64,000 nucleotides of DNA from the human T2T-CHM13v2.0 reference genome, Homo sapiens. The stretch is from assembly GCF_009914755.1 (NCBI RefSeq), contig NC_060941.1, one strand, 5' to 3'. This document shows, in pieces, positions 29,962 through 46,040 of this stretch; positions within the stretch are counted from its first letter, which is position 1, and each line of letters opens with the position of its first letter. The position numbers were made by a program, and so were the translations under genes. The notes beneath the pieces were generated by a model that worked only from the letters and a program-made list of their open reading frames with translations, was not told the DNA's origin and made no database searches.

Positions 29962-32559
29962 GGGTTTTAGTTATTTTTATTGGATGTTGTAAGTGGTAAA
30001 TTCAGATAGACTTTTTTGGCAAGCACACAACGTTTTTTGCCCATATCACTTTGATGGTTAGTTTCATCCTTCTTACTGGGTGAGATGGACAAGCAGAGCA
30101 AGGCTCTCAAGAGATTAAAAAATGAGGATCCATGTGGAAGTAACTTTCAGTTATTTGGTAAAAGGGGATAATAATAGTATTGAAGTGTTCTTACATGGAA
30201 TGCTGTAGATTCAGGGAAAATTCCCTTTTCACCCCTGGGGTGGTATTTTGGATATTATTAATAATAGCCAAAGAAAGAAACTAAGAACAAGTTGATGCTG
30301 TGCTGTCCTAGTTCTAAATCCATTTTATGGTTTTCTTATGGCCACCTTCCCCAAACTCCCACACTGAAACTGTTGCATTATTGAATCCCAGTTTTAGTTC
30401 TTTTTGACTCCCGTTTTAGTTTTATTTGACTTAGTAGCCTTCCATTATTTAGGTGGTTTTCTGTTAGATGTTCAATTCCTCAGTAAGATTCCAGGCTGCA
30501 GACTATTTTCCTGTTTTCAGCTACATTCTACATGACTGTCTCTGATTACTACCTTGAATCTTCACCTTGGTTCGAGGTTTCTGTCACAGCTAAAGGGAAA
30601 GGAAACAGGGACCTTTTTTCACCCAGCACTGTCTTTTAAATTTATGTCCCAAAGGAGGATTAAAAATCCTCCTAACCATGTAATATACACCTGAAATTCT
30701 AGCTATGGTATAACAGGTGACTTCTCTAACATGGCTAATGAACTGTAGCAGAAGAAAATGTATCCCTTTTTACCTGAGATTTCATAGTTTGTGTATATTT
30801 CTTAGTTTGTATACCAGTTTTTTTTCAATTGGTAGTATAAACTCTTAAAAATTGTTGTTTGATCCAAAGACTGGTATGCTTCAGATATAAACCTCTAAAG
30901 GTGTTTTCATCTCCTTCCTCCAGTTAACTGGCTTTTCAAATGGGAGAAAATATGGATTCTTTTTCAAAGGTTGCTGATGTCATTTGTTAGTAAAAAATTG
31001 ATTTGGGAAAAAGTAAGTTTCATTCATCAGATAAACCCCTGTCAGGTGTTTGAACAGCCAGTTCTTTCCCCCACCCCTTCTTAAGTGAGCTATAAAGAAG
31101 ACCTGGTGATTCACTCATAGGTTGGCCACAGAAGAAAGCCTTTGTTATCTCTTGCTAGCAGCTTTTGAGCCTACCTCCATTTCTCCAGCTGGATCTGGAG
31201 TAGACATTGTTAGCTAATGATGATCACTTTACTCACTTAGAGTCGTTCTCCTCCCTGCATCATGCCAACAGGCTTCAGTGCCCAAAGCCAAAGCCATAGC
31301 CCTGTGTCAGACTACCAACATATAAAGAAAATTTCTGTTTGCAATGTTTGATGTTCCTATTGTGGGTGATTTATTTAATTTCCATTATTGCTCTATTTAC
31401 CATAATTAAAAATCAGGAGTAAATTGCAGTATTTTTCCCATTGCATTTTTTCCAAGTATGTTTCCCAAAAACTTACTCTGTATCTAAAGCATCCAGATTA
31501 TGGTTGGAGAACCTAACATGAAATATATAGAATAATGATTTGAGTACCTCACTCTACATATTTTATTGAAAACATGCCTCAAGCAACATTAATTTCTTCT
31601 TTTTAGCTTTCAGAATAATTTTGCATATTCAGAACTTATCTTCAACTAAATAAATTCTTTTATACAGTGTGCTTTATTTTTATGAACACTATAGCATTTC
31701 AATTTATATTACCATTTTATAATAATTTCAATTCGTATATAATGAAAATACATAAAATAGCCTAGAACTTCTTTTGTAAAATTGAGGTATATCTTATATA
31801 CTGCTTCTTATATGCTAACAGATGTATTCCTTATAACAGGAAGACAAGGAATGCACAAAAACCAATAAATGCAAGAGCTGTATACCAGAACACTTGAATA
31901 AGAGATAATATCTCACTATGAGAATTTCAGTTCAAATAAACAAAAATTTAATTGCCCTCAGTAATGTAATAAGATAAATTTTTAAGAGAATGAAATGGAA
32001 GTAGTAGGCCTGAGCACTTTGTTTTAAATGCACAGATTTGAATACACACCATTTCGTAGTAAATACTTTTGACGTAAATTTTACATACAGCATCCTCAGA
32101 TTATGGTGCAATGAAATTGGAAATGAATAAGAAAACAACAGGTTTTCAACCAAATGAAAAAGAGAAACATACTACAATAAAACTATACTACTTGAAAGAC
32201 ATAAAAAATCCCCATCACCAATTATCCAGCTCATGAGGCTAGCATAGCTTAACTCATAATTTTGTTCAACTCTACATGCCAATTTCAACAAGAAAAAATA
32301 GAGCATATATAATGTACTGGTTAATCCCAAAAGGACCTAAAAAAGAACAGAGTAAGATAGACAAAATTAAGATGAAAACTACTGAAATGGATAATTAAAA
32401 CTTTTTTTAACTTTAAAAACTAGATTACAAAAATTAAAAACACTACACAACTAAGTATTTTGAATACACTAGTTGCAATAGGAAGCACAAGAAAATTGGA
32501 TGGAATCACTGGTGAATATTTTTCAGTACGTAATATATATATCATAGGAATAGCTACTA

Positions 32560-34200
<1,641 letters not shown>

Positions 34201-34294
34201 TATAATATCTTTAGAAGCCTTGATTCCAGCATTACCTGAGAATCTCTATTCCCCATCCCAGACATAGGGAATCAATCTACATTTTAAGATTTTA

Positions 34295-34632
<338 letters not shown>

Positions 34633-36186
34633 TTAAATAAGTGGTTAATATGTGACCTATTTGGATGAATGGAAAAACTATATCAAAGGGGATAGAAGGA
34701 AACTGTACAGAATAAAATCAGAATAGGGCCTACAATATTGTAAACAGTTGATATTCTATGGTGATGATTTTTGTTCTAACAACTTTATTGAGGCATAATT
34801 TATATACCATCAAATTTACCCATCATAAGTATGTAATTCAGTGACTTTTAGTTAATTTATGGTGTTATACAACCATCACTACCACTCAATTTTAGAATAT
34901 TTTCATCACCCCAAAGACTTGCTCATTAATAGTAACCTACTCCCAACCCCAGGCAATCACTGAAATGTTCTGTCTCTACACATTTGTTTTTTCCAAGAAT
35001 TTCTTATAAGTGATATATTATGTAGTCTTTTGTGTTTGGCTTCTTTCACTTAGCATAATGTTTTTGAGGTTTATCCATATGTTAATAAATAATAGTTTGT
35101 TCTGTTGTATAGATGTATCATAGTTTATGCATTCACTAGGTAATGGATTTGACACTTTCCAGTTTTTGACTATTATGAATAATGCTGCTATGAATATTTA
35201 CATATGTCTTTGTGTGGACATAAGTTTTCATTTCCCCTGTGTAGACACCTAAAAGTGGAGTTGCAGGGTCATGGTAAGTTTATGTTTAACTTTTTAAGGT
35301 GCAGCCAAACTGTTTTCCAAGGTAGATGTGCCATTGTACAGTTTTACCAGTAATGTAAAAGGGTTCCAATTTTGATTGGGATTACATTGAATCTATAAGT
35401 CACTAAGAGGAGAATTGTCATCTTAACACCATTGAGTTTTCTAATCCACAAATATGAAGTGTTCCCTTATTTAAATCTTCTCTAATTTATCTCAGCAATG
35501 TTTTGTAGTTTGCATTCTATGTGTTACACTTCTTTTTAAAATTTATTCCGTAAGTATTTTATTCTTTATGATTCTGTTGTGAATGAAATTGTTTTCTTAA
35601 GTTCATCTTTAGATTATTTATTGCTTATATATATATATCTTGGAATATTTTCATTTGGACTTCATTTTTGAAGGATAGGATCTTCTTAGTCTGATATAGA
35701 ATTTTTGCTTTCTCCACTAAAATATGGCATTCCACTGCCTTTGACTTCCATTTTTTCTGATGAGAAGTCAGTCATTTATCATATTGTTGTTTTTCTCTTG
35801 CTATTTTTAGAGTTTTTCTTTGACTTGAATTGATGTTTGACTATGAATTGTCTAGGCGTGGATCTCTTTGTGTCTATCCTACTTGGGTTTTTTGGGTTTT
35901 TTTTTTTTACAACTTTTTGGATCTGTAGATTATTTTTCATCAAATTTGGAAATATTTCAACCATTATTTCTTTTTCTTCAAATACTTGTTCTGCCTCTTT
36001 CTTGCTCCTTTCCTCCTGATATTCCCATTGCATGCATGTTGGTACCCTCAGTGTTACTGCATAGGTCTCTGAGGTTTTGTTCATTTTTTCAAACTTTTTT
36101 CTTCGTTTCTAATATGTACTTTTCTCTAGAATCTGATTTTGTTCTATTTTTGTAGTTTCTACGTCTGTGTTGATATTCCCTGTTGA

Positions 36187-36500
<314 letters not shown>

Positions 36501-36535
36501 TCCTTTAATTCTTTGAGCATATTTACGATAGCTAG

Positions 36536-36881
<346 letters not shown>

Positions 36882-37267
36882 CAGAAACAGTTTTTATTGA
36901 CTGCTTTTTTCCCCGAGTATGGGCCACATTTTCCTGTTTCTTAACATGTTGTGGAATCTTTTTGCTAAAAACTGGACGTATTAGATAATACAGTGTAACA
37001 GCTCTGGTTCTGATTTTCCTCACCTCTGACGGTTGTCATTATTGTTGTTATGTATATTTGCTTATTCTTAAATGACACGTGCAGACTTAATGTGCAGAAT
37101 CTGTCTCCCCACTGAGGTGTAGCCAACTCGGGTCTCTGCTCAATTTTGTTTTGTTTTTTTTAATTTTTAGCCTAGCTTTCTTGGAGTCCTGCTTGTGTCT
37201 GCATAGCTGAGTGGTTGGCTATTGGTTAAAGGTTGTGCTCAGGCATTTTGAGCTAATAAGGCTTATA

Positions 37268-37270
<3 letters not shown>

Positions 37271-37364
<94 letters not shown>
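37271..37364 (+). repeat. (TG)18 + (GT)26 compound microsatellite
   Basis: Read directly from the sequence, with a single phase shift (GG) at 37306-37307. Confidence 0.97.
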
Positions 37365-37365
<1 letters not shown>

Positions 37366-38692
37366 GGGAGAGCATGTAGTTTTCAAATATGCCCAGCTTT
37401 TATTTTCTGCTGAGCCCTCAGTTTTTCCTCACATGCAGGAAGCCTCTCAGTCAGCAAGAGATCTATGGAGAGTTCAGGCTATCTCCAGTCTCCTCTGGGC
37501 ATATATTCAGCCATCAGTTAGCCAGGACTGTGTGGGGGAGTTTAGCCCCCTCTGTGGCTCTCTCATTTCCAGAATCTCCTTGTTAAATTTCTAGATTTCT
37601 GATAGTCTGCCCTTCTTCTCAACCAGGACAGCAGCCTTTGAATAACAGAGCTATAGGCTTTCTCTGTTCTTTTCTAGTTGAGTTTAATGCTTTGACCCCA
37701 CATTGCTACTGGGTGTGGGTTTTTTGCCCTCCCCTTCAAATCATGTTAGCTCCCTGTGACAACGAAGCTGCTGGGTTTTGTAGCCAGCCTTGCCCAGGAA
37801 CTATTAGATGTACTGGTGCTTGGGTAGGGTGTGGCAGGGGTGGGGTAAGAAGCTGACCCAAGCTGTGACTCCCACTATTCTTACACAAATTTCAGCAGTT
37901 TTTTGTAAAAACACTTAAATTTGTCATTTGACTTTGGCCATTTTTCTGGAGTCCCAAAATGGCTGTTTTTGACACTTTTGTCTAGTTTTATAGTTGTTTT
38001 GAGGGGAAAGGATTTGCTGACCTCTTCAATTTGCCACAGCTGGAAGTCCTGCCTCCTGTTTTGTTTTGTTTTTGTAATATTTTTGGGTTTGTTTATTTTT
38101 AACAGGCTAATTGAAAACCTGAAGCACATCTATATATTGTAGCTGCTTCAGCATTGTGCTTCACAACGGAAGAAGTTAGGAGATTGTGATTAGATTAGGG
38201 GTGGGGCTGTAGTCCTAAATTTGCTGACAGCGCTTTCCTGTGGAATGCTTCCTAATAATGTATTCTTGTGTAATGATGAAGGAAATGTTTGTTTTTTTTT
38301 AAGCAAGCAGATTCCTTTGGAATTCTACAACATAAAAAAGACATTATAGTATACTCCTCTCTACAGAATGAATTTGGCACAGGGAGAGAAGTGACAAAGT
38401 TCTTTGGGCTGGTATAGATGTATATCTATATGAAAAATAATGGAAAGACTCATCCTTTTAAAAAGTTACTCATCCTTTTAAAAATTATACAGGTTTAAGC
38501 TAAAATTTTTTGTGTGCTAGAAAATTAAGCTGGGCAGTTTGCCTTTTTAAAAAACCTTTCTAATTATTTAGTAACACACATACACAAAATAAAATGTATA
38601 ACTCAATGGTGTATCACAAAGTGCACACCTCTATGACCACCATTCAAGTGAGATACAGGACATCACCAGTACCCAGAAGTCCCCTGTGCCCT

Positions 38693-39238
38693 CTGGATCC
38701 ATACCCCAAGAGAAGGTTCTTGGATCTCACACAAGAAAAAATTGGGGCAAGTCCATAGAGTAAAGTGAAAGCAAGTTTACTTAAGTAAAGGAATAAAAGA
38801 ATGACTACTCCATAGGCAGAGCAGCCCTGAGGGCTGCTGGCTGCCCATTTTTATGATTATTTCTTGATTATATGCTAAACAAAGGATGGATTATTTATGC
38901 CTCCTCTTTTTAGGCCATATAGGGTAACTTCTTGGTGTTGCCATGGCATTTGTAAACTGTCATGGCACTAGTGGGAGTGTCTCTTAGCATGCTAATGCAT
39001 TATAATTCCAGAGGTCACTCTCATCACCATCTTGGTTTTGGTGTATTTTAGCTGGCTGCTTTACTGCAACCTGTTTTACCAGCACGGTCTTTATGACCTG
39101 TATCTTGTGCTGACCTCCTATCTCATCCTGTGACTTAGAATGCCTTAACTTCCTGGGAATGCAGCCCAGTAGATCTCAGCCTCATTTTACCCAACCCCCA
39201 TTCAAGATGGAGTTGCTCTAATTCAAACGCCTCTGACA
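38693..39238 (-). mobile_element. MER41-family ERV1 solo LTR
   Basis: The reverse complement begins TGTCAGAGGCGTTTGAATTAGAGCAACTCCATCTTGAATGGGG, the MER41 5' end. Confidence 0.85.
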
Positions 39239-40222
39239 CTCTACCACCATTGTCCTCTCCTCCTGAGATAATCACTATCCTAACTTTTATGCTAACTACT
39301 TCCTTTCCCGACAGTTTCTATCTCCTAAGTGTGCATCCCTAAACATTATAGTTTAACTTTGCCTTTTTTTTTAATATTATGGAAATGGTATCTTGTAGTG
39401 TATATTTATTGTGCCTGGTTTCTTTTGTTCAAAATTATGTTTGTAAGATTTATCTATGTTGTTGCATATAGCAGTAGTTCATTTTAATTGCTGGAGAGTA
39501 TTCCATTGTTTGAATATACTACAATTTGTATACTGTATATTATATATTGAACATTCTGTTTGTGGATATTTAAGCTATTTCCAGTTTTAAGGGTATTACA
39601 AATATTGCTGCTCTGAATACGCTTGCATGTGTCTTAATGTATAGATATGCATATTCCTTTTGGTTATATACCTAGGAGTCAAATTGCCAGGTCATAGTGT
39701 GTATATATTTTTGACTTAATAGATAATGTCAACTTGTTTTCCAAAGTGATTATAACAATTTACCCTCCTAAACTATAAGAATTTCCATTGCACTTCATCT
39801 CAACAAAACATTTGCTATTGTTAGACTTTTAAAAAATTGATTTGTAGGAGTTCTGTATACATCTGGATAAGAGCCCTTTGTTCCTTATAAGTGTTGCAAG
39901 CATCTTCTCCTATGTGACTTGCATTTTTGCCCTCTTAATGTAGATATGAAAAGACGTTCTTGATTTTAAGGTAGTCAAATATATCAATATTTTCCAGTGT
40001 AATTAGTGCTTTTTGTGTTCAATTGAAGAAATCTTTCCCTGCCTTAATATCATATTCTTCTATACGTTATCTTCTAAAAGCGATGTGATTTTGCTTTTCA
40101 CGTTTATATCTACATCCTACCTGGAATTTGTTTTTGTGTATAGTGTGGAGTAGGTTTGGAGGTTCATCTTGTTTTTCCATGTGGATATTTCATGGTTCCA
40201 ATAACATAGATTGAAAAGATAT

Positions 40223-40818
40223 TGTATCTGGCAGGGTTTGATCAGGAGAAAGAAACCACACCAGTTATTTAAACAGAGTTTAATATGGAAAAAATGTTAA
40301 TTAGGTATAAAGTTGTCAAGTAGATAACTAAAAATGCAAGAAGAAAACACTAAGATATCACAAAAGTAGCAGTTTCCACCCCACAGCAGGAAGAATAAAG
40401 GGAAGAGATTGGAATTATTCAAATTTAGAACCCCATGATGTCTGAGGAGAGGATACTGGCTCACTTGTGCTGGTATCTGGCATGGAAGATGCAGTGAGGC
40501 TAGTTCTGCAAGTTTTGGCAGAACTGTAAACTGGATTCAGCTACTGCTATAAGAAGGTACTACTGCTGGGAGTGAAGAAGTATTGCTTGGGTGTCACAGA
40601 AACAAGAAACAGACAGGAAGCCCATAGGAGGTGCAAGTCCCTTCTTCCTCCACCACCACCCTTGCAGTCTCTCTCTACAACATTCTGTTGGCAGAGCCTA
40701 ACATGGAGCCAGTTGGCAAAACCAAAATGTGGTTTGTAGAGTTTAGCCCCAGCATGATAGAGCAGTGTTTAGGCGGATGGGTTTGAAGCTGAGAGACAAT
40801 AGCTTAATAACTGATACA
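40223..40818 (-). mobile_element. LTR33-like ERVL LTR
   Basis: The reverse complement begins TGTATCAGTTATTAAGCTATTGTCTCTCAGCTTCAAACCC. Confidence 0.6.
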
Positions 40819-41549
40819 ACCTTCCTGTCTCCACTGCTCTGCAGAGCCAACTTTTTGGTAAGTCAAGTGTTCATATAGGCGACAGTCTCTTTTTAGATTG
40901 ATTATATTTCTGTTTCATCTGTCTTTGTACCAATATTACACTATGTAAATTACTGTAGCTTTATTATGTCTTCATACCTAGTAGAGCAATTTTTCAAAAC
41001 CGACCTATCCTTCTTCAAGTGTTTTAGCTGTCCTTAGCACACTTAAATTTATAGAAAAACTTTAAAACTACTTCATCTATCCCCCCCATCAATTTGGGGG
41101 GAGTTGACAATTTTACAATGTTGAGTTTTCTAATCTGTGAATATGATACATCTTTCCATTTATTCTTTAATTTTGCTCTGTAATATTTTTTAAACATCTT
41201 GTATAGAAGTCTTGAGTAGCATCTGTTAGCTTTAATCCCAGATATTACATATTTTTAATATTATAAATAGTTTTTTATAAATTTCATTTTATTATTTTTA
41301 TTTTGAAAATTTCAGACTTACATTAGTTTCCTTTTGTATAATTAGACCCCATTATACCCACCACCTAGATTCAGTAATTAATAAGATTTGCTTCATTTGC
41401 TTCAACTATTTTTTATTGTTGTTGCTGAAGTATTTTAAAACAAATCCTAGATCTCATGTCATTTCACCTATTTATACTTATAAGTATGCATCTCTAGAAA
41501 ATACGGACATTTTATTTATAACTAATTCTAAGCCATATTGACATTTCCT

Positions 41550-41850
41550 CATTTATATTTTTAAAATTTTTTATTTTATGTACAAAGAGCTAACATGGTT
41601 TCTATCATTGGGTGGATGCCTTGGATAATTCATTCAACAAAGATCATTTGGTCCAACTTAATGAAACCTATATCCTTCATGTACTGATGGAAACACTGGC
41701 AGCACCTATTGAGGCCATGTTTCAGGATCAGACCATGCTGGTTTGAGCAGACGCAGCAAGAGTGAGAACCCCGGCCGAATTTTCATGGGTGGCTCTAGTA
41801 GAGCTGCTGGTGACCCATCTTGCTTTCAGGAGTGCAACCAGGTGAAGGGC
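41550..41850 (-). pseudogene. RPS29: Processed pseudogene of ribosomal protein S29 (uS14), possibly the locus annotated RPS29P22
   Basis: Minus strand 41818-41648 reads [55 protein letters not shown] versus RPS29 [56 protein letters not shown]. It is intronless, with 5'UTR- and 3'UTR-like flanks, AATAAA at 41575-41570 and a decayed A tail. Confidence 0.95.
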
Positions 41851-44800
41851 CTCTTTTATTTCAAAAATGTTTTTTACTGTTGATATGTTCAATTTACTTT
41901 TAACTTCAAGCATATTGTTCACATTTTGTATTAAGTAATTATTAAAATATTAGCTTAGCCATTAAAATATTAAAGTATGCTCTACGACAATTCAGAACAA
42001 AGTTTTCTTTTCTGATGTGAACTTTATTTCTAAATTCATTAAGATTTTTGACGTCTGCAAAGCCACACTGTCACAAACCTACCATGTGAATAAAACTGTC
42101 TTTTTCTTTCAAATGTTTTCTATCCTTATAAACCTAATGTGCAACAAAAATTGCCATTTGTTAAATATAAATTTTTTTCTAGTCCTCAATGTTCCTATTA
42201 CTGAACACATATCTTTCAGGAAGTCACCAGTGGAATTAAAAATAAGTGCATTTTTGTGTGACATATTTTCAGTTTTACTTGCGCTTTGTGACCTCTTCTT
42301 GCCTAGACAAAGTTGTTAAAATGCAAGAGGGAGATGTAGTTGTGAATTGTTTTCCTTTGTGGATTTGCATAGAAACCTTTCCCTCATTCTTTCAACTGGT
42401 TTTCCTCCCCATGCAATATTCATAGGTCTGTTTCTAAGCAAGGACTGTGGCTAGTAGGCCATGAAAACTTCCTAGACTTGGCAGACTGGGCTGTATCATC
42501 TTCACCCTCTAACATGAGAAAATCCAGCATGGCAGTTTTCCTGCAGGCAGTTCAGATTCCTCGTAGACATATTTAACAGTGACTGAGGAGGAAGTCTCTG
42601 TATCTCCCCAGCATCTATAGTATAGATGGAACTAATTAATTCATGATCTAAAGAACAATTAAATATTCCCAAGACCACAAGAATTAGCATAAAATGATTT
42701 TCAGCTGCATTTTAACTTATCCAGTATTATTGGTGGGGACTGAAAGGGTCTTAAGAGTTAGGTTTCACTCACTAGTACTAAGTACTTGAAAATAAATATG
42801 ACAGCCTGATACTGGATGGCTTACCTGTTGCTTAGCCTTCCTCCATTATCAGTACTTTCAGGTGTCTCACTACAGATTAGAATGGCCCAGTGCTGTCTTA
42901 TCTGCTGAGATCTTTGCTATTTTTAGTTCATTAAACACAGAGTTAGAGGATGTTTAAGTTCTTATTTAACTCTTTCAGTCAAATATAGATATTTTGCTGC
43001 TCCTAAGGAATAATATTAGGAGGATATGAAGAAAAGAATGAACTGTTTCTCAGCCTTGGTTTAGCTATCATATAAGGCCTTTTTTCTTTGTAATACAAAT
43101 TAGCAAATTTGGGAATCATTTTATATATCCTGACAAAATGGAAAAGGATCTCTTTCTTATGCATACAGCTAACCCGACAATTAACAAACTTGGATAAACA
43201 AATGAGAAAAGAACTCGGCTAATATAATACATTAAATATAGAAGATGAGAATCCGTTTTTTATTTATGTTTTGGATGGGGGAAAGGCCTAGAAAGATTTC
43301 TTCTAAATTGTATACAACTCTATAAATATGGTGGAGTGCACACAAATTATAGCCCTTTAAAATTGCAGTTAGAAAGACCAGTGAGAAATAAAAGTAAATT
43401 TCTTATTCCATAATTTGTTACATAAATTTCTTGTGTATCCTTGAATATATAACAAGGACCAAGGTAACAAATAGGATACATTTCCTAGACTTGTTTGTTG
43501 TCAAAAATTTTGCCTCAGTTTGCTATTGTTTTCTGAAACAGGCAATCTAAATACAAGTAAAAATAAGGAAATGAATTTCAAAATAAATGTGACGGCAATA
43601 ATCTAAATATTTAGAGTTTAGTTAGGAGGTTCTGTTACTGAGATATGTACTCAGTATAGTTGACATAGTAATTGTAGTATGTATAGCAAGAAATGGAGGA
43701 TTGCTGATTACAACTTTATGTGAATAGAATTACAAGAACCTGATTTTCTTAAACCAAGTTGAAGCACTCTTTTTATTATATTATGTATTTGCTTTGAATA
43801 GCTAAAAACATGTATCAGAAACATGAATTTTAAAACTGCTAACACATGGGGGATTCTTCACATAAAAATGAAAGAGAAACACAATTTCTTGGAGATTCTT
43901 GCTGACTAGTTTAAAGATGTTTTAAGTGACATTTTAGTGGCTGAGAAAGTATTCCCAATAATAAGTTTCACTTTTGTTTCATTACAACTTTTCTGCTTGT
44001 CAGTAATTTAAGCAGATTTGTGGCAGTGTTCCGTTTTCTGGGATTAAGAAAACTCAACAAAATGACCACAACAGATCTAAAATGCTTCCTGTTTTGTTAT
44101 TGTACTCTTTTGATCAACTCTGTATCTCTCTGAAAAAGGACTTGTGGATTCTTCTGGCTTTTTAAAAAACAGTTGAATTTATGAGTATAAAGAAGTATTG
44201 ATAAACTCTGGACAGGTGTAAGTGAGGATTCTTTCTCACGACTCTTAAACATGCTGCTTGAAGTATTAATTTAAAACTTAGGAAGTAAACTCCTGTAAGT
44301 AAAACTTCACTGTTTAAGAAGGGAATCAGATGAAATGACAGATGCACTGTCTTATTTAAGGCATCCAGTGTTTAGCAGAGAAAGTAACTGCCCTAGAATT
44401 GTAGGTATAAGGATGGCTCCTTTTTTTCTGAAATGAAGAAACTTGTACTAAATGTTGTTCATTATCTCTACAGCTGGAGCTTCATTAGCAAGTGCATTTA
44501 GAATAACCAGGGTATGGCAGCAGCAGAGAAACTAAGCGCCTCAAGCCTTTGAGTAACAAAAAATAAAAGAATTCCTGTATAACATGCTTCCACACTTATC
44601 TGTGTTCTGTGGTACTGTTTGTGCTGAACCAAAGCATCTGCTACCTCAAGTTAAGAGAGAACAAACTCAACATGGCGTGAAATTACTGCACTGCCATTCA
44701 CATTCATTAGAGTTATATTGTTGCCAGCCACAGGCATGACTGGCTTTTGCATGAATAATAAAATGCTGCTTTGTGAATTTTACTTTAAAACATTACAAGA

Positions 44801-45029
44801 CATAGTACTCACCTTGAGCCTGTGTCAAGTATTTTCAGGAGTGGGTTTATCTCCTTTATTATGGTGGCTTTTCTCACCATAATAGGGTAACCAGTAAGTA
44901 GTAGTCAGAAGTTAGGAAGAAGTATTGTATGAGGCCTTTGGAAAGGGCACTGTGTTAAATCAATTTATCTCATGTTTAAAAACTAATATTTATTGTGCCC
45001 GGCTAACTGTTAAAGATATTAAAATTATT

Positions 45030-45465
45030 GTCATTTGGCAACCATCGTAATAATTGATTCAGGCAAAAATCATGAGGGGATACTAAAGTTAATGGATCAA
45101 AGTTCAGTGAGGAATAGGATATTTACACAGTTACAAAGGGAAAAAAATAGTAACTTTATAGTGGAGAAGCCTGGCAGACACCTCATTCAAGTGATTAAAG
45201 TTATCAACAGTAATGGGACATACTGACATTATATGCCTCCTGAGATGATGCACTGAGAAGGCATCAGTTCTTTGTTGTTTCTGTCAAAAATGAATAATCT
45301 GAATCTAGTTATGAGAAAACAACAAACCCAAATTAAGGGCTAGTCTTCAAAGTAACTGGCCTGGTCTGTATATTTCACAAATGGCAGTCATGAAAGACAT
45401 GCCAAATAACTTCTAGATTAGAGAATACCAAAGAGACGTGACAGTTGAATACAGTGTGTGATCTG
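45030..45465 (+). mobile_element. Old L1ME/MC 3' UTR fragment
   Basis: GTAACTTTATAGTGGAGAAGCCTGGCAGACACC...AATCTAGTTATGAGAAAAC. Confidence 0.6.
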
Positions 45466-45645
45466 AAGTTTTCCCTTTTTCGTATTTCATTGACATTTTT
45501 CTCTTCTAGTAGCTAGATACTGAAGTAGTATATTTAAACAGAAAAAAAGTACTTCTAACTAATAGTCTGAATACAGCAATATATCAATGTCCCCTCCTAT
45601 TTTCTAGTTTATGTGGATTTTAATCAGTATTGCAGATTTGGCTTG

Positions 45646-45648
<3 letters not shown>

Positions 45649-45688
<40 letters not shown>

Positions 45689-45692
45689 TGTG
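45649..45692 (+). repeat. (TG)n microsatellite (~22 units, one interruption)
   Basis: Read directly from the sequence. Confidence 0.95.
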
Positions 45693-45698
45693 TAAAAT

Positions 45699-45818
45699 AC
45701 AGACAGGGTCTCACTGTGTTGCCTAGACTGGTCTCAAACTCCTGGCCTCAAGTGATCCTCCTGTCTCAGCCTCCCAAAGTGCTGGGTTTAACAGGTGTGA
45801 GCCACTGCGCCCTGCCTG
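45699..45818 (-). mobile_element. Alu left monomer (FLAM/AluJ fragment)
   Basis: AGACAGGGTCTCACTGTGTTGCC...GTGAGCCACTGCGCCC. Confidence 0.8.
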
Positions 45819-45904
45819 GGTTCATATTTTTTAAGCAACAGTCATGAATGTTAGGTCTCCTGGCCTACTTGAGTTACATATGAAGCTATTGAAAACTCAA
45901 AATT

Positions 45905-46040
45905 GCCTGTAGTCCCAGAAGGCTGAGGCAGGAAGACTGCTTGAGCCCAAGAGTTCCAAGCTGCAGTGATCTTTAATTGTGCCACTGCACTCCAGCCTGG
46001 GTGACAGTGAGATCCTGTCTCTAAAGAATAATAATAATAG
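45905..46040 (+). mobile_element. Alu right-arm fragment (FRAM/AluJ)
   Basis: GCCTGTAGTCCCAG...GCACTCCAGCCTGGGTGACAG with an (AAT)n tail. Confidence 0.78.

Larger units (their letters stand above)
38545..41300 (-). mobile_element. Old L1ME-like element hosting two LTRs
   Basis: Antisense L1 3'-UTR motifs resume on both sides of the MER41 and LTR33-like insertions. Confidence 0.6.

Noticed and set aside
35779-36084. 101-aa ORF resembling L1 ORF1p as a domesticated gene
   Set aside because: It is a decayed, frameshifted fragment within an old L1 interrupted by Alus.
38448-38484. 20-bp-period tandem duplication ACTCATCCTTTTAAAAA, and similar tiny duplications near 11375, 28425, 32893 and 56256
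   Set aside because: These are ordinary slippage-type duplications, common genome-wide.
41680-41850. GC-richer island first suspected to be an intronic sno/scaRNA
   Set aside because: It is fully explained as the reverse complement of RPS29 mRNA.
41728-41922. 64-aa minus-strand ORF over the RPS29 pseudogene
   Set aside because: It is out of frame with RPS29, starts in flanking AT-rich DNA and has no supporting signals.
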